A stretch of 62,869 bases of DNA, filler included, from Collodictyon triciliatum (lineage: Eukaryota): NCBI GenBank assembly GCA_043381765.1. It is 9 parts of 9 records of this genome, joined end to end, with 100 filler letters (N's around TTAATTAATTAA, not from the genome) between each part and the next. Parts side by side here need not be neighbours in the genome. Positions count along the whole stretch, not along the records: positions 1 to 7,171 come from JBHJMP010004029.1; positions 7,272 to 14,430 come from JBHJMP010004030.1; positions 14,531 to 21,692 come from JBHJMP010004031.1; 6 more parts are not named here. One strand, 5' to 3'. The notes beneath the pieces were generated by a model. It did no database searches, was not told where the DNA came from, and saw only the letters and a program-made list of their open reading frames with translations. Positions 1 through 17,800 of the stretch are shown in pieces. Every line of letters begins with the position of its first letter. Position 1 is the stretch's first letter. Position numbers and translations under genes: made by a program.

Positions 1-180
1 GAGAGAGAAAGAGAGAGAAAGAGAGAGAAAGAGAGAGAAAGAGAGAGAAAGAGAGAGAAAGAGAGAGAAAGAGAGAGAAAGAGAGAGAAAGAGAGAAAGG
101 GAGAAAAAGAGAAAAAGAGAAAAAGAGAAAAAGAGAAAAAGAGAAAAAGAGAAAAAGAGAAAGAGAGAAAGAGAGAAAGA
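1..180. repeat. (GAGAGAGAAA)n / (GAGAAAAA)n purine microsatellite at scaffold end
   Basis: Directly visible tandem units. Confidence 0.95.
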
Positions 181-731
181 GCCGTTCATTTTCCCTAGGG
201 CTCTCGTGTATTGCCATGCATAATCTAGTGTCTTACACCTAGAAACTGGCAAACATATGTGCCTTCTGCAGTCATTACACCGGAGCACTCGATTCGCATC
301 GCACCCCAGCTTTTTTCAGCTTTCTAGTTCCTTTAAGGGCATTAAGCACAAGGCCCAGTTTGTTTTTAAAATGACTTGTTCCAGATATCACAACCATACT
401 ATGAAAATCTCAGTGAAGGACCAACCCAATATTTTTTTTTGGCGGACAAGACCCCACACCTTACATTGATTGGAAAGAGGATTTTTTTCTATCAACATCT
501 CACGTGTATTGGCTAATCTTTCAAGAGTATCATGTCCAATACTCATGTATCCCGCTGAGTGTCACTTTCTATAAAACAATAGAAACGATGGGATGGAAAC
601 TCTGGACGCCATCCAGGAAAATGACATTGTTTCTTTTCGTATTCAATCCGGGGGTCAACCGTGCTCGAAAGGCGACGGTAAAATGAGGTAACCGGGGATG
701 TTTTTCTCATATCAAATTTATATGGTCCCTG

Positions 732-3700
732 TTATTCCTCGGACGTATAAAATTGCTCTTTTCCTTCTACTTGAATCCCACTTTCAAGAAGAGCCATCAC
801 CCCGGTCGACGTAATCGGCGTACAACCCCACAGGGTCACTTTCTGGACTCGTTTGCAATTTTTCGAAATATAAACCATATGTTCATCGTGGAGAGCACGG
901 CACCAAGAAAAATCTAGCTCGCGCATTTCAGTTCCATATTTGCAAATGTCTAACACTATATCTCCTGTTATGTTTGTTCCGCTAATCTTCAATTCTTCCA
1001 GGGTTGCGATGCTGACTAGGTTGCGCTAAAAATAATAATAACAATAATTAAATTCGAAATAAGATGATAATGGTCTTCTGTTTCATTTTTCTATCACATG
1101 TATTAATTTTTGTTCCTTAATTAAAAAAATAAACAGCGCATGAATAAATAGTCTATGTTGGACGTTGCAATACAATGGATTCGTCTTTAACAGCTTCGCA
1201 GCGATTGATATTCAGCTTGCGGATATTTAAGCAATTGTTTGCAATCAAACCAACTATATTGTCATCCACGCATGTCATCTATATTTGCAGAGGGTAATTT
1301 CTTTGAGATGTAATAAATTTGTGAATAAAAGTACGCTTTTTTGATAGTATTGCTCGAGTACACAACTGTTTCTTTGTTTTTGGTAAGAATAAAACCTTTT
1401 CCAGACACAGATGTATAATCCCCGGTAGATTTTCTAACATTTTTTTCAATCCAGCAGTGGTTATTTTGTTATTCTTTATAAAAGAAAAGTGCAGCAAAGT
1501 TGTATTTGGTGTCGCAAACAACATCTTCGCCCCATCATCGGAAACCATAAGGGCAGCTTATGTAAATTATAGATGAGATCATAAAAAGGTGGTATTAAAC
1601 AGCTATGATTCCATATACTAGCAAAAGTAGAAAACTTTAGAAATATTCGGTTATATGCACCTTCGATATGGAGATGTATCAGTGACTTGATTCTTCCAAC
1701 CACCCCCATGGACTCGTCACTCAAGGCTTCAGGACATTCGTTGAGGAAAAGATACTCTACAGATGGACAACTTTCCAGCAATGCCACTAGTGTTCCCATC
1801 GTGATAAGATTCATCCATTCCATTTTCAATGACCGAAGGTTGGGTCGACTTCGAAGAAACGGAATCATAGACCTGTAGGTCTATATTGTCAGAAAATGAC
1901 ATAGTTCAACCTCCCAATATCCTTTGAGGGGGTGGGTTAGTAATTTAATTATATTTCTTCTCTCTCTGGGTAATGACTAATATATTGCAAGTTCACGAAC
2001 CTGTCCGAAACTAAGTACGCTCCGTGAAGGGAAATCTCAGTTATGAGCGGACAGCCATCAGAAATCATTGAAAAGACGTGATCTGTCATGAATCCACACT
2101 GAGACAACTCTAGTCTCATTAGAGATTGGCATGTCGATATTGAGGAAAGTGACGCTCCATCTAAATCTTATGAATTGTATTGAGTTAGCATTTCAGTCTG
2201 TTCTTTTGAACTCGATTTTTTTTATATAGAATGAGAAGTTTCCATAAGCACAAGTACCAGAGCAACAAAGGAGCTGTAAGTTGGTAAGTTCATCCGATAG
2301 GAAGAGACCCAAAGATTCTGAGTTCAGTCTTCTTTGCCTACGATAATGTATTCAAATGGGTCTATAGTAGGCAATTGTTGGCACTATGTCGAATGATCAG
2401 TAAATGCTTCTAATTTATCAAAGATAATTTCTGCCATATAACGCCTTAAACCTCGCTAATTCGGTTGCTATCAGTTTTTTTACGTCCGGAGGAACACACC
2501 CGAATGATTCAACACAGTCGATGAAATTTGCAACTGTCCTTGCGCATAGAATTTGAAGAGACGGTACTTGTTTTTTCATCTTCTTTCGATTCTGGATGTT
2601 GGTTTTCCTTTTGGGTGCGAGAGAACCTTCTACCTGTCAGTGATAAATGAACTAGGTAAGCAATATGATTTTTTTTTTAGTTTGGTTTGTTTGTTTGTTG
2701 GTCTATTACTTGTAGGTCTGCGAAAAGTTGTATTTTTTGGAATATTAGAAATAGCCCGGTATAGTGATATTTAATACATGGATGGTTTGTTACCCTTTTT
2801 TCAAACTTCTGAGACTCATAGATAGAAGAAAGAGCCTTCGCATTAGCCTTGTTGGCCAAATGAGAGGGACGTGCAAAGGCAGCGACATCATGCCATTTCT
2901 CTGAGAACCGGGGGGCAGGAACATCCTTCAGTATTCAACAGTTATCTCGATGTTATGTATGTATGTATGTATGTATGTATGTATGTATGTATGTATGTAT
3001 GTATGTATGTATGTATGTATGTATGTGTATGATACAGGCATTTATGAATCGACAACGGGGGGTTTAAAGGAAAGAAAAATAGGCAAAATCTAGGTACATA
3101 AATGTCTACCAGCATTTATTTTCCTATTTCTTTCTTTTTTAGATGCTTAAAAATTCCCAAAAATCCGACGTAATTAGAGTGTTTATTTCTCCATTTGTCA
3201 CACATCACTTCGGCTAGCAGGATAAGCATATGGAAGACTTACATCAGGCAGAGGGACGATTTCACCTTCTTCCAAGTCATGATTGTCCAGGTCATCCACC
3301 CCGCCAACGTTATGGAGCCCTGTGGACATGCTGCTGTCGCTATCATCGCCGGAGGCCTGAGCCGGCTCTCCACCTACTAGTCCGTAATGCGGGAGGAATG
3401 TAGGGGCTCTCTTTTTCTTTTCTTTTGAACGCTTGCGTCTACGTTTGGAAACTCGCTGTATGCGTACCTCTTGTGGGCGCATAGGTCGAGACTCGGACCG
3501 TTCATCTCGTCGGCCTTCGCCGCGGCGGTCTTTTGCTGGATGCTGCTTGGACTCTGGTGCTTTTGCCTTTGACGTATGCAATACAGAACGCGCTTCTTGG
3601 GCTTCGGCGACATGGGGCATCCCTGTCTGTGATATAGATTTCTTGTTTGCCTCTGCTTTTTTACGCGAAAGGTTGTCGGGTAATGGGGACTGCGCAGGTG

Positions 3701-4026
3701 GATTTTGAGCTGCTCTTTTTTTCGACGCATGGGGTTTGGAGTCGCCGGAAACTGAGTCTTCAAAGTCTTCCATCCAGTCACTGTGGAAGGAATCGTCTTC
3801 AGAGGAAGAGGACGATGACGAGTCGAGTACGATGGGTTCGCTATGGTCATTGTCCGTGTCCTCCAGAGTCACAGTTTTTCTGTGCAGGGCGAGGGAGAAC
3901 CAATGGCGGGAATAAGAAAAAAAGAAAAAAGAAAAAAGAGAAAAGAAAAGGAGAAAAGAAAAAAGAAAAAAATAAAAAAGACCACATGGTTATTACCGAC
4001 CTTAGCCTCCGTCCTTTGCTGGCCAT
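732..4026 (-). CDS. RAD7: Rad7-like (RNI-type LRR, BC-box) nucleotide-excision-repair protein, multi-exon
   Basis: Manual GT-AG splicing gives a low-complexity N-terminus (probable start MASKGRRL at 4026). It is followed by VPSLQILCARTVANFIDCVESFGCVPPDVKKLIATELARQRRLNSESLGLFL (BC-box/Rad7 signature), HGAYLVSD and Cys-containing LRRs ending ELDFSWCR...VTLWGC...*. Stop TAA at 732-734. Confidence 0.75.
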
Positions 4027-4420
4027 CCTTAGGGTGAATATGGATTAGTAAAGAGTATGCTTGTTACTTGTGCCGTTTTAATATTTCAAGTCTCCACCCG
4101 CCCCTTGGCTCTGCACTTGGCTCGCTCGCGTCTGTTCTGCTTTGCGTTATATCGATAGCAATTCCGGTCGCAGAAAGTCGGCAGCCTGATCACATTTATA
4201 CTTTCGGCCAGCCGCGATTGGCCTTCTTGTATGGGTAAATCCCACAATTTGCAATCAAGAAATATATTATAGATTTGTTTGCTTGTAAATATGTCAGAAT
4301 GTTCGAGCCCAGGTCAGAATTTTTTTTTCTAAGCGCCGTGAAAAAGTGTGGTGATCGCACTGACTGAGAGATGTACTTTAGGGGAACAATAAGAAAAAAC
4401 ACAATAATGAAGAAAAAGTC

Positions 4421-4483
<63 letters not shown>

Positions 4484-5776
4484 TTGATAAACAAGCACAC
4501 TAGCAGAGAAAATAGACACATTCCCAGAAAATAATATTATTACACTGGCGTTCTTTCCTTCTTCTCCCAACCCGCCATATTCTGAAGCGAAAAAAAAAAC
4601 GTGCAATTGATCCCGAGAAGGACGAAGCCGCCCTGCGCAATGGAATGCCTACTGATCGTACGCAAACCGGGAGGCCGACGCAGCCAACGCAGAGAGCGAA
4701 AAGGTCACTTGACCACATCCCTTTACCACACAGGTTATGCACCGAGACACGCCGACGATCCAGATGCCAGCTGCCACCGACCTGGGGTACAACAAACTAC
4801 TAGCAAGACGGAGCGAGCTCTTTGAAACGAATAATAAAGGGATAGAAAATAAAAGACGGATGGAACTCTAGCCATCGACCCACGGGCAGCAAGATAAGTA
4901 TGAACAAAATGTTCAGTATTAGTTGCTCTGATTCATCTTTTTTTCTTTTTCTTTTTTTTCTTTTGTTCTTTTGTTCTTTTGTTCTTTTGTTCTTTTGTTC
5001 TTTTGTTCTTTTGTTCTTTTGTTCTTTTGTTCTTTTCTTTTCTTCTTTTTCGGCCTCTTTCAGCCTGTAAATGGATTAACTTCATTACAAAGGTTGCGAC
5101 AAACTTGGTTTTATCTCTTTCAAGCCACAACACTTTCTTATGCAACGAAAGCGTACTTATATATAGCAGTTTATTGCACAGCCAGCCATCGAATTAAATC
5201 CGGATTGACAAAAGCAGAAGCTTTGATGAATCCAAGAAAGCATCCTGAATAATATAATAGTATGATTAGTATATATAATAAGGTTAAAATACTGCAATAA
5301 TCTCACTCTATTCCTGTAATCAATTCATATTTTACATTCTATCATGTAATTATTGTTTCGGATTAAAATTCAAAAATGACAAACAAGCCCTTGCCTTGGC
5401 CCAGACAGAACCCACCCTATAAACCTGCCACCAAACATGCATTTCAAAAAAGTATACTATCCACACTTGCGGCGGTAATCACGTTGTTTGGAGCCGATAT
5501 GTTGACTTTCAGACGCAATGGCTATACAACCATCTTTTCGAACTCGCCGAATCAGTTCTCAGCGATTCGTCTCAAATCACCTATAAAAATTTTGGAGTGT
5601 TTGATTGCCACAATGTGCACATTTTGAAAGTCTTGGTAGATGCTTAATTTTACATAGTTGATTTTATGCAGTTTTTTTTTTTTATTTATTTATTAAATTG
5701 ACTAATTGACTAAAGTTTTACTAAAATTGAAAACTCGGTGGTTTTCTAAAGGAAAAAGTAAAACAAAGACTTTCAC

Positions 5777-7012
5777 ATGAAGAAAAGAAAACATATTGAG
5801 TTTGAGAATCTTAAGTCTGTAAAACCACCATCGAAATGTGAAAGCATCTCTAAAGTCGGTTGTAAAGAATTTGGATTACGATTACAAAGTCAACAATACG
5901 GTTTTATTGTGTCATAAATTGGTTACTGACACTTATCTGTTTGCATGATGCTACATATTGAAATCACAACTCCCAATAATCGATGAAAAGTTTTTTGTAC
6001 ACTTTAAAGACAGTCGGCGTAGTTTCACAAGATAGACCCGCAAGTTTTTTTTTTTTTTTTAAAAAAAACCAGATATGAGAGAAGACATGATGACTTTTTA
6101 TCTCAATGATTTTCGATTCCTTTTGTCCCGAGAAGAACACTTTCCGTTGGTCGGACCGTCTCATGTATTACCGTACTTGGAGAAGCAAATGTTAACAGCT
6201 TATCACTATAACATTAAGCAGGATTCTGTAAAGAGGTTACTGCGCTTTATAAATCAAGCATTTCCTAAAGATGAGAATATTACGGAAGCTATTAAAAAAA
6301 AAAAAAGGCAGAGTCACGAAAGTTAAAAAAGAAGCCATCTTCAAGAATCTCGAAATACCGGAATAATATAAAGAATGGATTAAAAAGCATTTATATCATA
6401 TCATTCCCAGCGATATTGTAAATGGTATCGAATATGGCGTCAAAGCCAATCCAAACAAGTACATTCCATGTCTGATTTACATGAATCGCATTTTTGAAGA
6501 CAATGGAGCCAAACTGTTTCAACCAATCCCTATAAGAACTAACAATACACCATGTCATATTACTCTAGGTACTACATGTTTGATAGATATATTAGTATTG
6601 TCTGAAAAAAATTATTAAAGACGAATATATCAGGATGCAGACCGACCTTATGGGATGATTTCTCTGAAATGAAGAAGAGGGTCTTTCATCAAACAGACTA
6701 CAATTTTAAATACATGATACAAACAGACGGCTTGGCGGTGTGATTATTGTTTGAAAAGAAAGGTATTTCAAATTCAAAATCCAAATATAATCAAAAAACC
6801 CCCAAGAGTATGTTTATATAGATGAACTTTCCGAAGAGCAGTTATCTTTATTAGCGAAAAAAAATATAGTTGGACTGGGCGCAGGCAAGTTTAATTTGGT
6901 TTACATGGTGGATGAGACAGGTAAGAAATTATGTTATACAGCACACCAAAGAAGACATGACAGCAAATCTCTTAAAAATCGAAATAAACTCTTGCACGAG
7001 AAAGAGAAGTAC
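5777..7012 (+). pseudogene. Decayed, 3'-truncated Fanzor1-like (TnpB-related) nuclease ORF, transposon relic
   Basis: Joining frames across frameshifts and stops gives VKASLKSVVKN...VNNTVLLCHKLVTDTYLFA*CYIL...LPIIDEKF; LPYLEKQMLTAYHYNIKQDSVKRLLRFIN; YGVKANPNKYIPCLIYMNRIFEDNGAKLFQPIPIRTNNTPCHITLGTTCLIDI; DYNFKYMIQTDGLAV*LLF; YIDELS...NIVGLGAGKFNLVYMVD...LCYTAHQRRHDSK. This matches the Fanzor1 motif order as I recall it, up to RuvC-I (VGxDPG). No introns. Confidence 0.8.
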
Positions 7013-7171
7013 GTTGCTTCTGGGATATGTATGGCAACAGGTTTACAAAGTGCTGTTTCTTTTAGTCCAGGACTTTTGAAGAGAATCAGCAGTTTGAGAC
7101 ATCAAGAGCATCTTTAATCGATTTAGACATAATTGAGTAAACATAATTCATGCACGGTCGATTATGAAAAA

Positions 7172-7271
7172 NNNNNNNNNNNNNNNNNNNNNNNNNNNNN
7201 NNNNNNNNNNNNNNNTTAATTAATTAANNNNNNNNNNNNNNNNNNNNNNNNNNNNNNNNNNNNNNNNNNNN
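7172..7271. other. Artificial scaffold spacer N44-TTAATTAATTAA-N44; other linkers at 14475, 21737, 28999, 36253, 43508, 50760, 58005
   Basis: The same 12-mer (stops in all six frames) sits inside N runs, eight times, at ~7.25-kb spacing. Confidence 0.97.
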
Positions 7272-7391
7272 GAAGTTGTATTTGAAGTTGTATTTGAAGT
7301 TGTATTTGAAGTTGTATTTGAAGTTGTATTTGAAGTTGTATTTGAAGTTGTATTTGAAGTTGTATTTGAAGCTGTATTTGAAGTTGTATTT
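7272..7391. repeat. 12-bp tandem repeat (GAAGTTGTATTT)x~10
   Basis: Directly visible; one unit has GCT in place of GTT. Confidence 0.95.
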
Positions 7392-7751
7392 ACTATCATT
7401 ATCTTCTTGCGCTCGTTCGCAACTTCGAGTATTTGTTGTGAGCGCAAGGATCATACCAACCTTTTCGTTGAACGCGTCCAAGCCACCATTTGAAAGCTGA
7501 AGCTCATCTGCCTTCGGATCCAGGCGAAACATCGGCGGGTGCATTGAGGAGGTTTCTTCGGCAGGGATAGGCGCATGCTTTCTTGAAGAACGAGGGGTCT
7601 CTTGTCCTTCGGTTGCAAGTCTGTTTCGCTTCTTTGTGCGTTTGTTACCAACAGCGCTGGATTTCTCTGTTGTGCTTGTAGTTTGACCATCGACTGCGGT
7701 TGCTGAGTTGTCTTCACTTCGCGGGTTCGGAGCTGCCTCAGGGTATCCCAT
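7272..7751 (-). CDS. Hypothetical low-complexity ORF running into the 12-bp repeat and scaffold end
   Basis: Open frame MGYPEAAPNP..., higher in GC than its flanks; no recognisable domain. Confidence 0.25.
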
Positions 7752-8687
7752 GTTGTAGTCAGAGTTGTTTATTGTTTATTTTTATTTGTTACGATCTTTT
7801 TTTCTTTTTTTTCTTTTTTTTTAGCTGCTGACGATGCTGCTGCTGTTGTTGTTGTTGTTGCTGTTGCTATTGTAAGGTATAATAAGTTCTTTATTACCAA
7901 CGCCCATACCAAACTTGATAGTGCAAGCATATTTTCGTGAGGCGTGTTTCTTGAAGGGGGCAGTGAGTCATTATGATCGAAAGTGTCTTCGGAGCTTCTG
8001 GCTGTGTCGCCTTTTTGGTTGCAGGAGAGGCCGAGTCTTTAAGTCGGAGGCGATTGCTGTGTCGTTCAGCAAGTGTATTGTTTGGTAAATAGCGGTATGA
8101 TTGAGTGCGCGATGTCTGAAAAGACGGCGACATTGGCTTTTGCATCTCTTCTGGATGACGGTTACGGGCGGCATTGTCTGTGTGGTTCTATTTCGGTGGT
8201 GATTCACACTTGTATATCTGACATATATCATGCCAAGGGGCTTTCTTGTTCATCTCTTCTACTTTTTGAGAGTGTGTATGAGTGGTTTTTTATGATGTTT
8301 CTTCTGTGCCTTTCAGTCTCAAAGCTTTTTTAACTTGTATCTTTCGATTTTATTTTTTTTAATCTATTTGTTGATTTTTTTATTTATTTTCTGGATTAGT
8401 CGCTAATTCATTTATTCATTTACGCATTTATGCATTTTTTTTTATCTTTTTGTTTCATTCAAACACATGGGATTTTGATAGAGTTTGGTTGACAAATGCT
8501 CAAGGTCGTTTTCCTAGGCGCTCGCTTGTGTGTGGTTGGCAATATCCTCGGAAAAGCGCGGGAACAAAAGTTTTAATCAGTAGGTACGGCCGATATTTAA
8601 AGGGTAAGAGTTGCTGTTAATTTGGCATGTTTGCTTTATTATGGTGTTGAGAGCTTGATTGTGTGTCGCTTCAATCGGAGTGGCATA

Positions 8688-14152
<5,465 letters not shown>

Positions 14153-14530
14153 CTGTTTTGCCAATAGAAAGAAGAAAAGTATTAAGTATACCTACTAATT
14201 CGGTAAAAATAAAATTATAACACATATTTTTTAATTAACAGCAGCAATCTGCTCCCATCTCGTCTTTTTCCATTTTCTTTTTTCTTTTTTCTTTTTTACT
14301 TTTTTACTTTTTTACTTTTTTACTTTTTTACTTTTTTACTTTTTTACTTTTTTACTTTTTTACTTTTTTACTTTTTTACTTTTTTACTTTTTTACTTTTT
14401 TACTTTTTTACTTTTTTACTTTTTTACTTTNNNNNNNNNNNNNNNNNNNNNNNNNNNNNNNNNNNNNNNNNNNNTTAATTAATTAANNNNNNNNNNNNNN
14501 NNNNNNNNNNNNNNNNNNNNNNNNNNNNNN

Positions 14531-14715
14531 ACTTGTTATGACTTGTTATGACTTGTTATGACTTGTTATGACTTGTTATGACTTGTTATGACTTGTTATG
14601 ACTTGTTATGACTTGTTATGACTTGTTATGACTTGTTATGACTTGTTATGACTTGTTATGACTTGTTATGACTTGTTATGACTTGTTATGACTTGTTATG
14701 ATTTGTTATGATTTG
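14531..14715. repeat. (ACTTGTTATG)n tandem repeat at scaffold start
   Basis: About 17 perfect units, then decaying. Confidence 0.95.
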
Positions 14716-14892
14716 TGATTATTTTTTGTGATTATTTCCCCCACTTATCGACGAATCGAAAAAAAATTGGTAGAGCAGGTGAAACACAAACCGAGTCATC
14801 TTTTGCATCAGCATAGAGTATCGGCAGAATGTAAAATGAAAAGAGAAAGGAAGAAAAAAAAACACAAGATATAGGACTAAGGAAAGCGAACC

Positions 14893-17800
14893 TGAACTGA
14901 TGGGTCGTAGATTTCTTTTCGAAAACGAGTGGCGTCAGCCTTTCCAGCCTTCGGAATAATGTTCTCTGCATGTATTGAATGGTTTTGAATATGGATCAAA
15001 TGTTTGGTGCAATGGCCATAGAGGACAGACATAGCAATCAACGAATTAGGTGGGATGAAAATATGGTTATTTTGAGAAACCTTTAATCAATTTCTATATG
15101 GCAGTATTGAATTAGAATTATGCCAAAGTCATGTAATTTAAGATAATTAGTTTAAGCAAACAATATTTAAAATTATTTTTGAAATGAAATGGATTTTCCG
15201 ATATAAATTGTGATCACACAATGAACAACAATAGGAATATTGGATGAATATGTTTCTCATGAGAATCAGTTTGCTATATTTTCATTATCTAACACAACAT
15301 CGCTACTTCTTTTTCTTTTTTTTCAACATTTTGAGTGAAATCTGGTAACTAGTCTTCCTTCTTTTCAGTGCAACGCACCTGCTTGGCCATTAAAATTTGC
15401 AAGATACCTGAAGTTTTCCGTGGAGAGTGAGGTTAGCTTTCGGCCATCTAGATGCACTGATTCGAAGCAGACACTCAACAAATTCATTGGGGATGAGTTC
15501 TTTCTCTGGGTTATCATCTCCCTGATTTTATATGCGTTTGAAGATATTCAAAAGATATACATAGAAAGAGAGAGAGAGAGAAAAGTGTATTAGGTAAATG
15601 CCAACTAACATGCTTCATTCACAGCGCCTGCTTTATAGTGAAATTTTGTTTTCCAATTTTAGCGTTAGTTGTGAATACACTGGATAACTGAAATTATGAA
15701 CAGATGAATTAAGTTGCCTCTTCAGGTGCATCATCAAGGGTCATATTGCTTTTCAGAAATATAGCGTCAATGGCAGCTATGATTCAAATGAAATTATGTT
15801 GAGAGACTTGATAGAGCACTCATGTTTAGTGCAAAGTTATTTACACGATTTGAGAAATCCAAATTATAAGTGGATAGGGTAAATCATATGGAAAAGCTGA
15901 AATAGAAAATATGGCGTCTACATACACGCTGGTAAATTGGAGCTAGGCAATCTACAATCTTTCACAAAGTCCCAAAACTCTGTTGAACTGATCGCATATC
16001 CCTTAGCATAGTGACGAAATACACTCTTAATTGTTGCTATGTAAATTTGTAAATATCGTGGTGAGATTGATATAACAATATCGCTGCCAATACTTTATAT
16101 AAAAAAAATATTCTTTATTGAGAAACCCAAACTGGTGGCTCCTACAGATATATTTTTTACATGAACTAAATCAACGCTTGTAAAAATTTTCTTATCGTTT
16201 GTGAGCAATGACAAAGAAAAATCTCGATATAAATTCCTACAGAAATTTTTGACTAATGTCCCTTCAATATCCATCATCTCCTTCGTGGCGTCTTCTGTCT
16301 TCCCAAACTATAATTACATGACTTGGAAAGTAAGATCTCCTTCTTTTATAGAAAAGTACCTTTTTGCACATATTCCATACATAACGGATAGACTAAATCT
16401 GCAAGTAGACTTCGAATCATTTTTAAGGCATATCTGGTATAAGACATTTATTTAAAAAAAAATGATACCAGATCAGAAATTTTCCGGGGATTGATCTTTG
16501 TATATTGTTCAAAGTCTTTTTGCTCTCGTGGATCCTCTATTGTCACAGGCTCTCCTCTCAGTCTGTGACCGATCAACCGCCGGGAAAGCATCTCTGTTTG
16601 GGTGAGTGCAGACTCAAAGTTTTGTTGAATCTGTTGGAATCATCTTAGTTTTGTTCCAAATCAAATGAAAAAGAAAAAAAGTGGCATCTAAGCAAGGCAA
16701 AAATGTATAAAATCAAAATGTATTGTGATAAATAGGAATATAATAAAAATAAAAATGAATATTCTAATCGATTGTTTTATAAGTTTATTTGTGTGCTTCA
16801 GTGGGACACAACTCGCGCAATTGAATGAATTACCTCTGTAGCGTACTCCTCCACTTTANNNNNNNNNNNNNNNNNNNNNNNNNNNNNNNNNNNNNNNNNN
16901 NNNNNNNNNNNNNNNNNNNNNNNNNNNNNNNNNNNNNNNNNNNNNNNNNNNNNNNNNNNNNNNNNNNNNNNNNNNNNNNNNNNNNNNNNNNNNNNNNNNN
17001 NNNNNNNNNNNNNNNNNNNNNNNNNNNNNNNNNNNNNNNNNNNNNNNNNNNNNNNNNNNNNNNNNNNNNNNNNNNNNNNNNNNNNNNNNNNNNNNNNNNN
17101 NNNNNNNNNNNNNNNNNNNNNNNNNNNNNNNNNNNNNNNNNNNNNNNNNNNNNNNNNNNNNNNNNNNNNNNNNNNNNNNNNNNNNNNNNNNNNNNNNNNN
17201 NNNNNNNNNNNNNNNNNNNNNNNNNNNNNNNNNNNNNNNNNNNNNNNNNNNNNNNNNNNNNNNNNNNNNNNNNNNNNNNNNNNNNNNNNNNNNNNNNNNN
17301 NNNNNNNNNNNNNNNNNNNNNNNNNNNNNNNNNNNNNNNNNNNNNNNNNNNNNNNNNNNNNNNNNNNNNNNNNNNNNNNNNNNNNNNNNNNNNNNNNNNN
17401 NNNNNNNNNNNNNNNNNNNNNNNNNNNNNNNNNNNNNNNNNNNNNNNNNNAATGAGAATGAGAGAGAATATATACAGTGGTTAGACTCGGTAATCCCATC
17501 AACTGGTCGTCCTCTTCCTCCTCAAGTAGAACATCTAACTGCCGACCTTGCTCAAGGCGGGGGAATTTTGAAAACAGTTGAATCATAAACAGCAAGTGAA
17601 TATCAGCGTTTTCAGGGCTTGCCTATAAAGTATCGGAAGTTAGTTCAAAATCGAGTACTTCTTTATTTTCAAAGACTGGTTCATGAGGGAAGATTGAATA
17701 TATGGATAACAAATATCTAGTTAAGATGGTGTTAAATTAGAGACAAATGTGAGGCAAAAACAAATGATAATTTTCTTTTTCCCTGTTTTTTTGTTTACAC

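Noticed and set aside
645-700. GAAA-capped hairpin downstream of the Rad7-like stop
   Set aside because: Short, bulged stem with no ribozyme or snRNA consensus; compatible with chance.
5946-6743. In-frame TGA codons in the Fanzor-like ORF as selenocysteine or readthrough
   Set aside because: They co-occur with a TAA, several frameshifts and a truncation, which indicates pseudogene decay.
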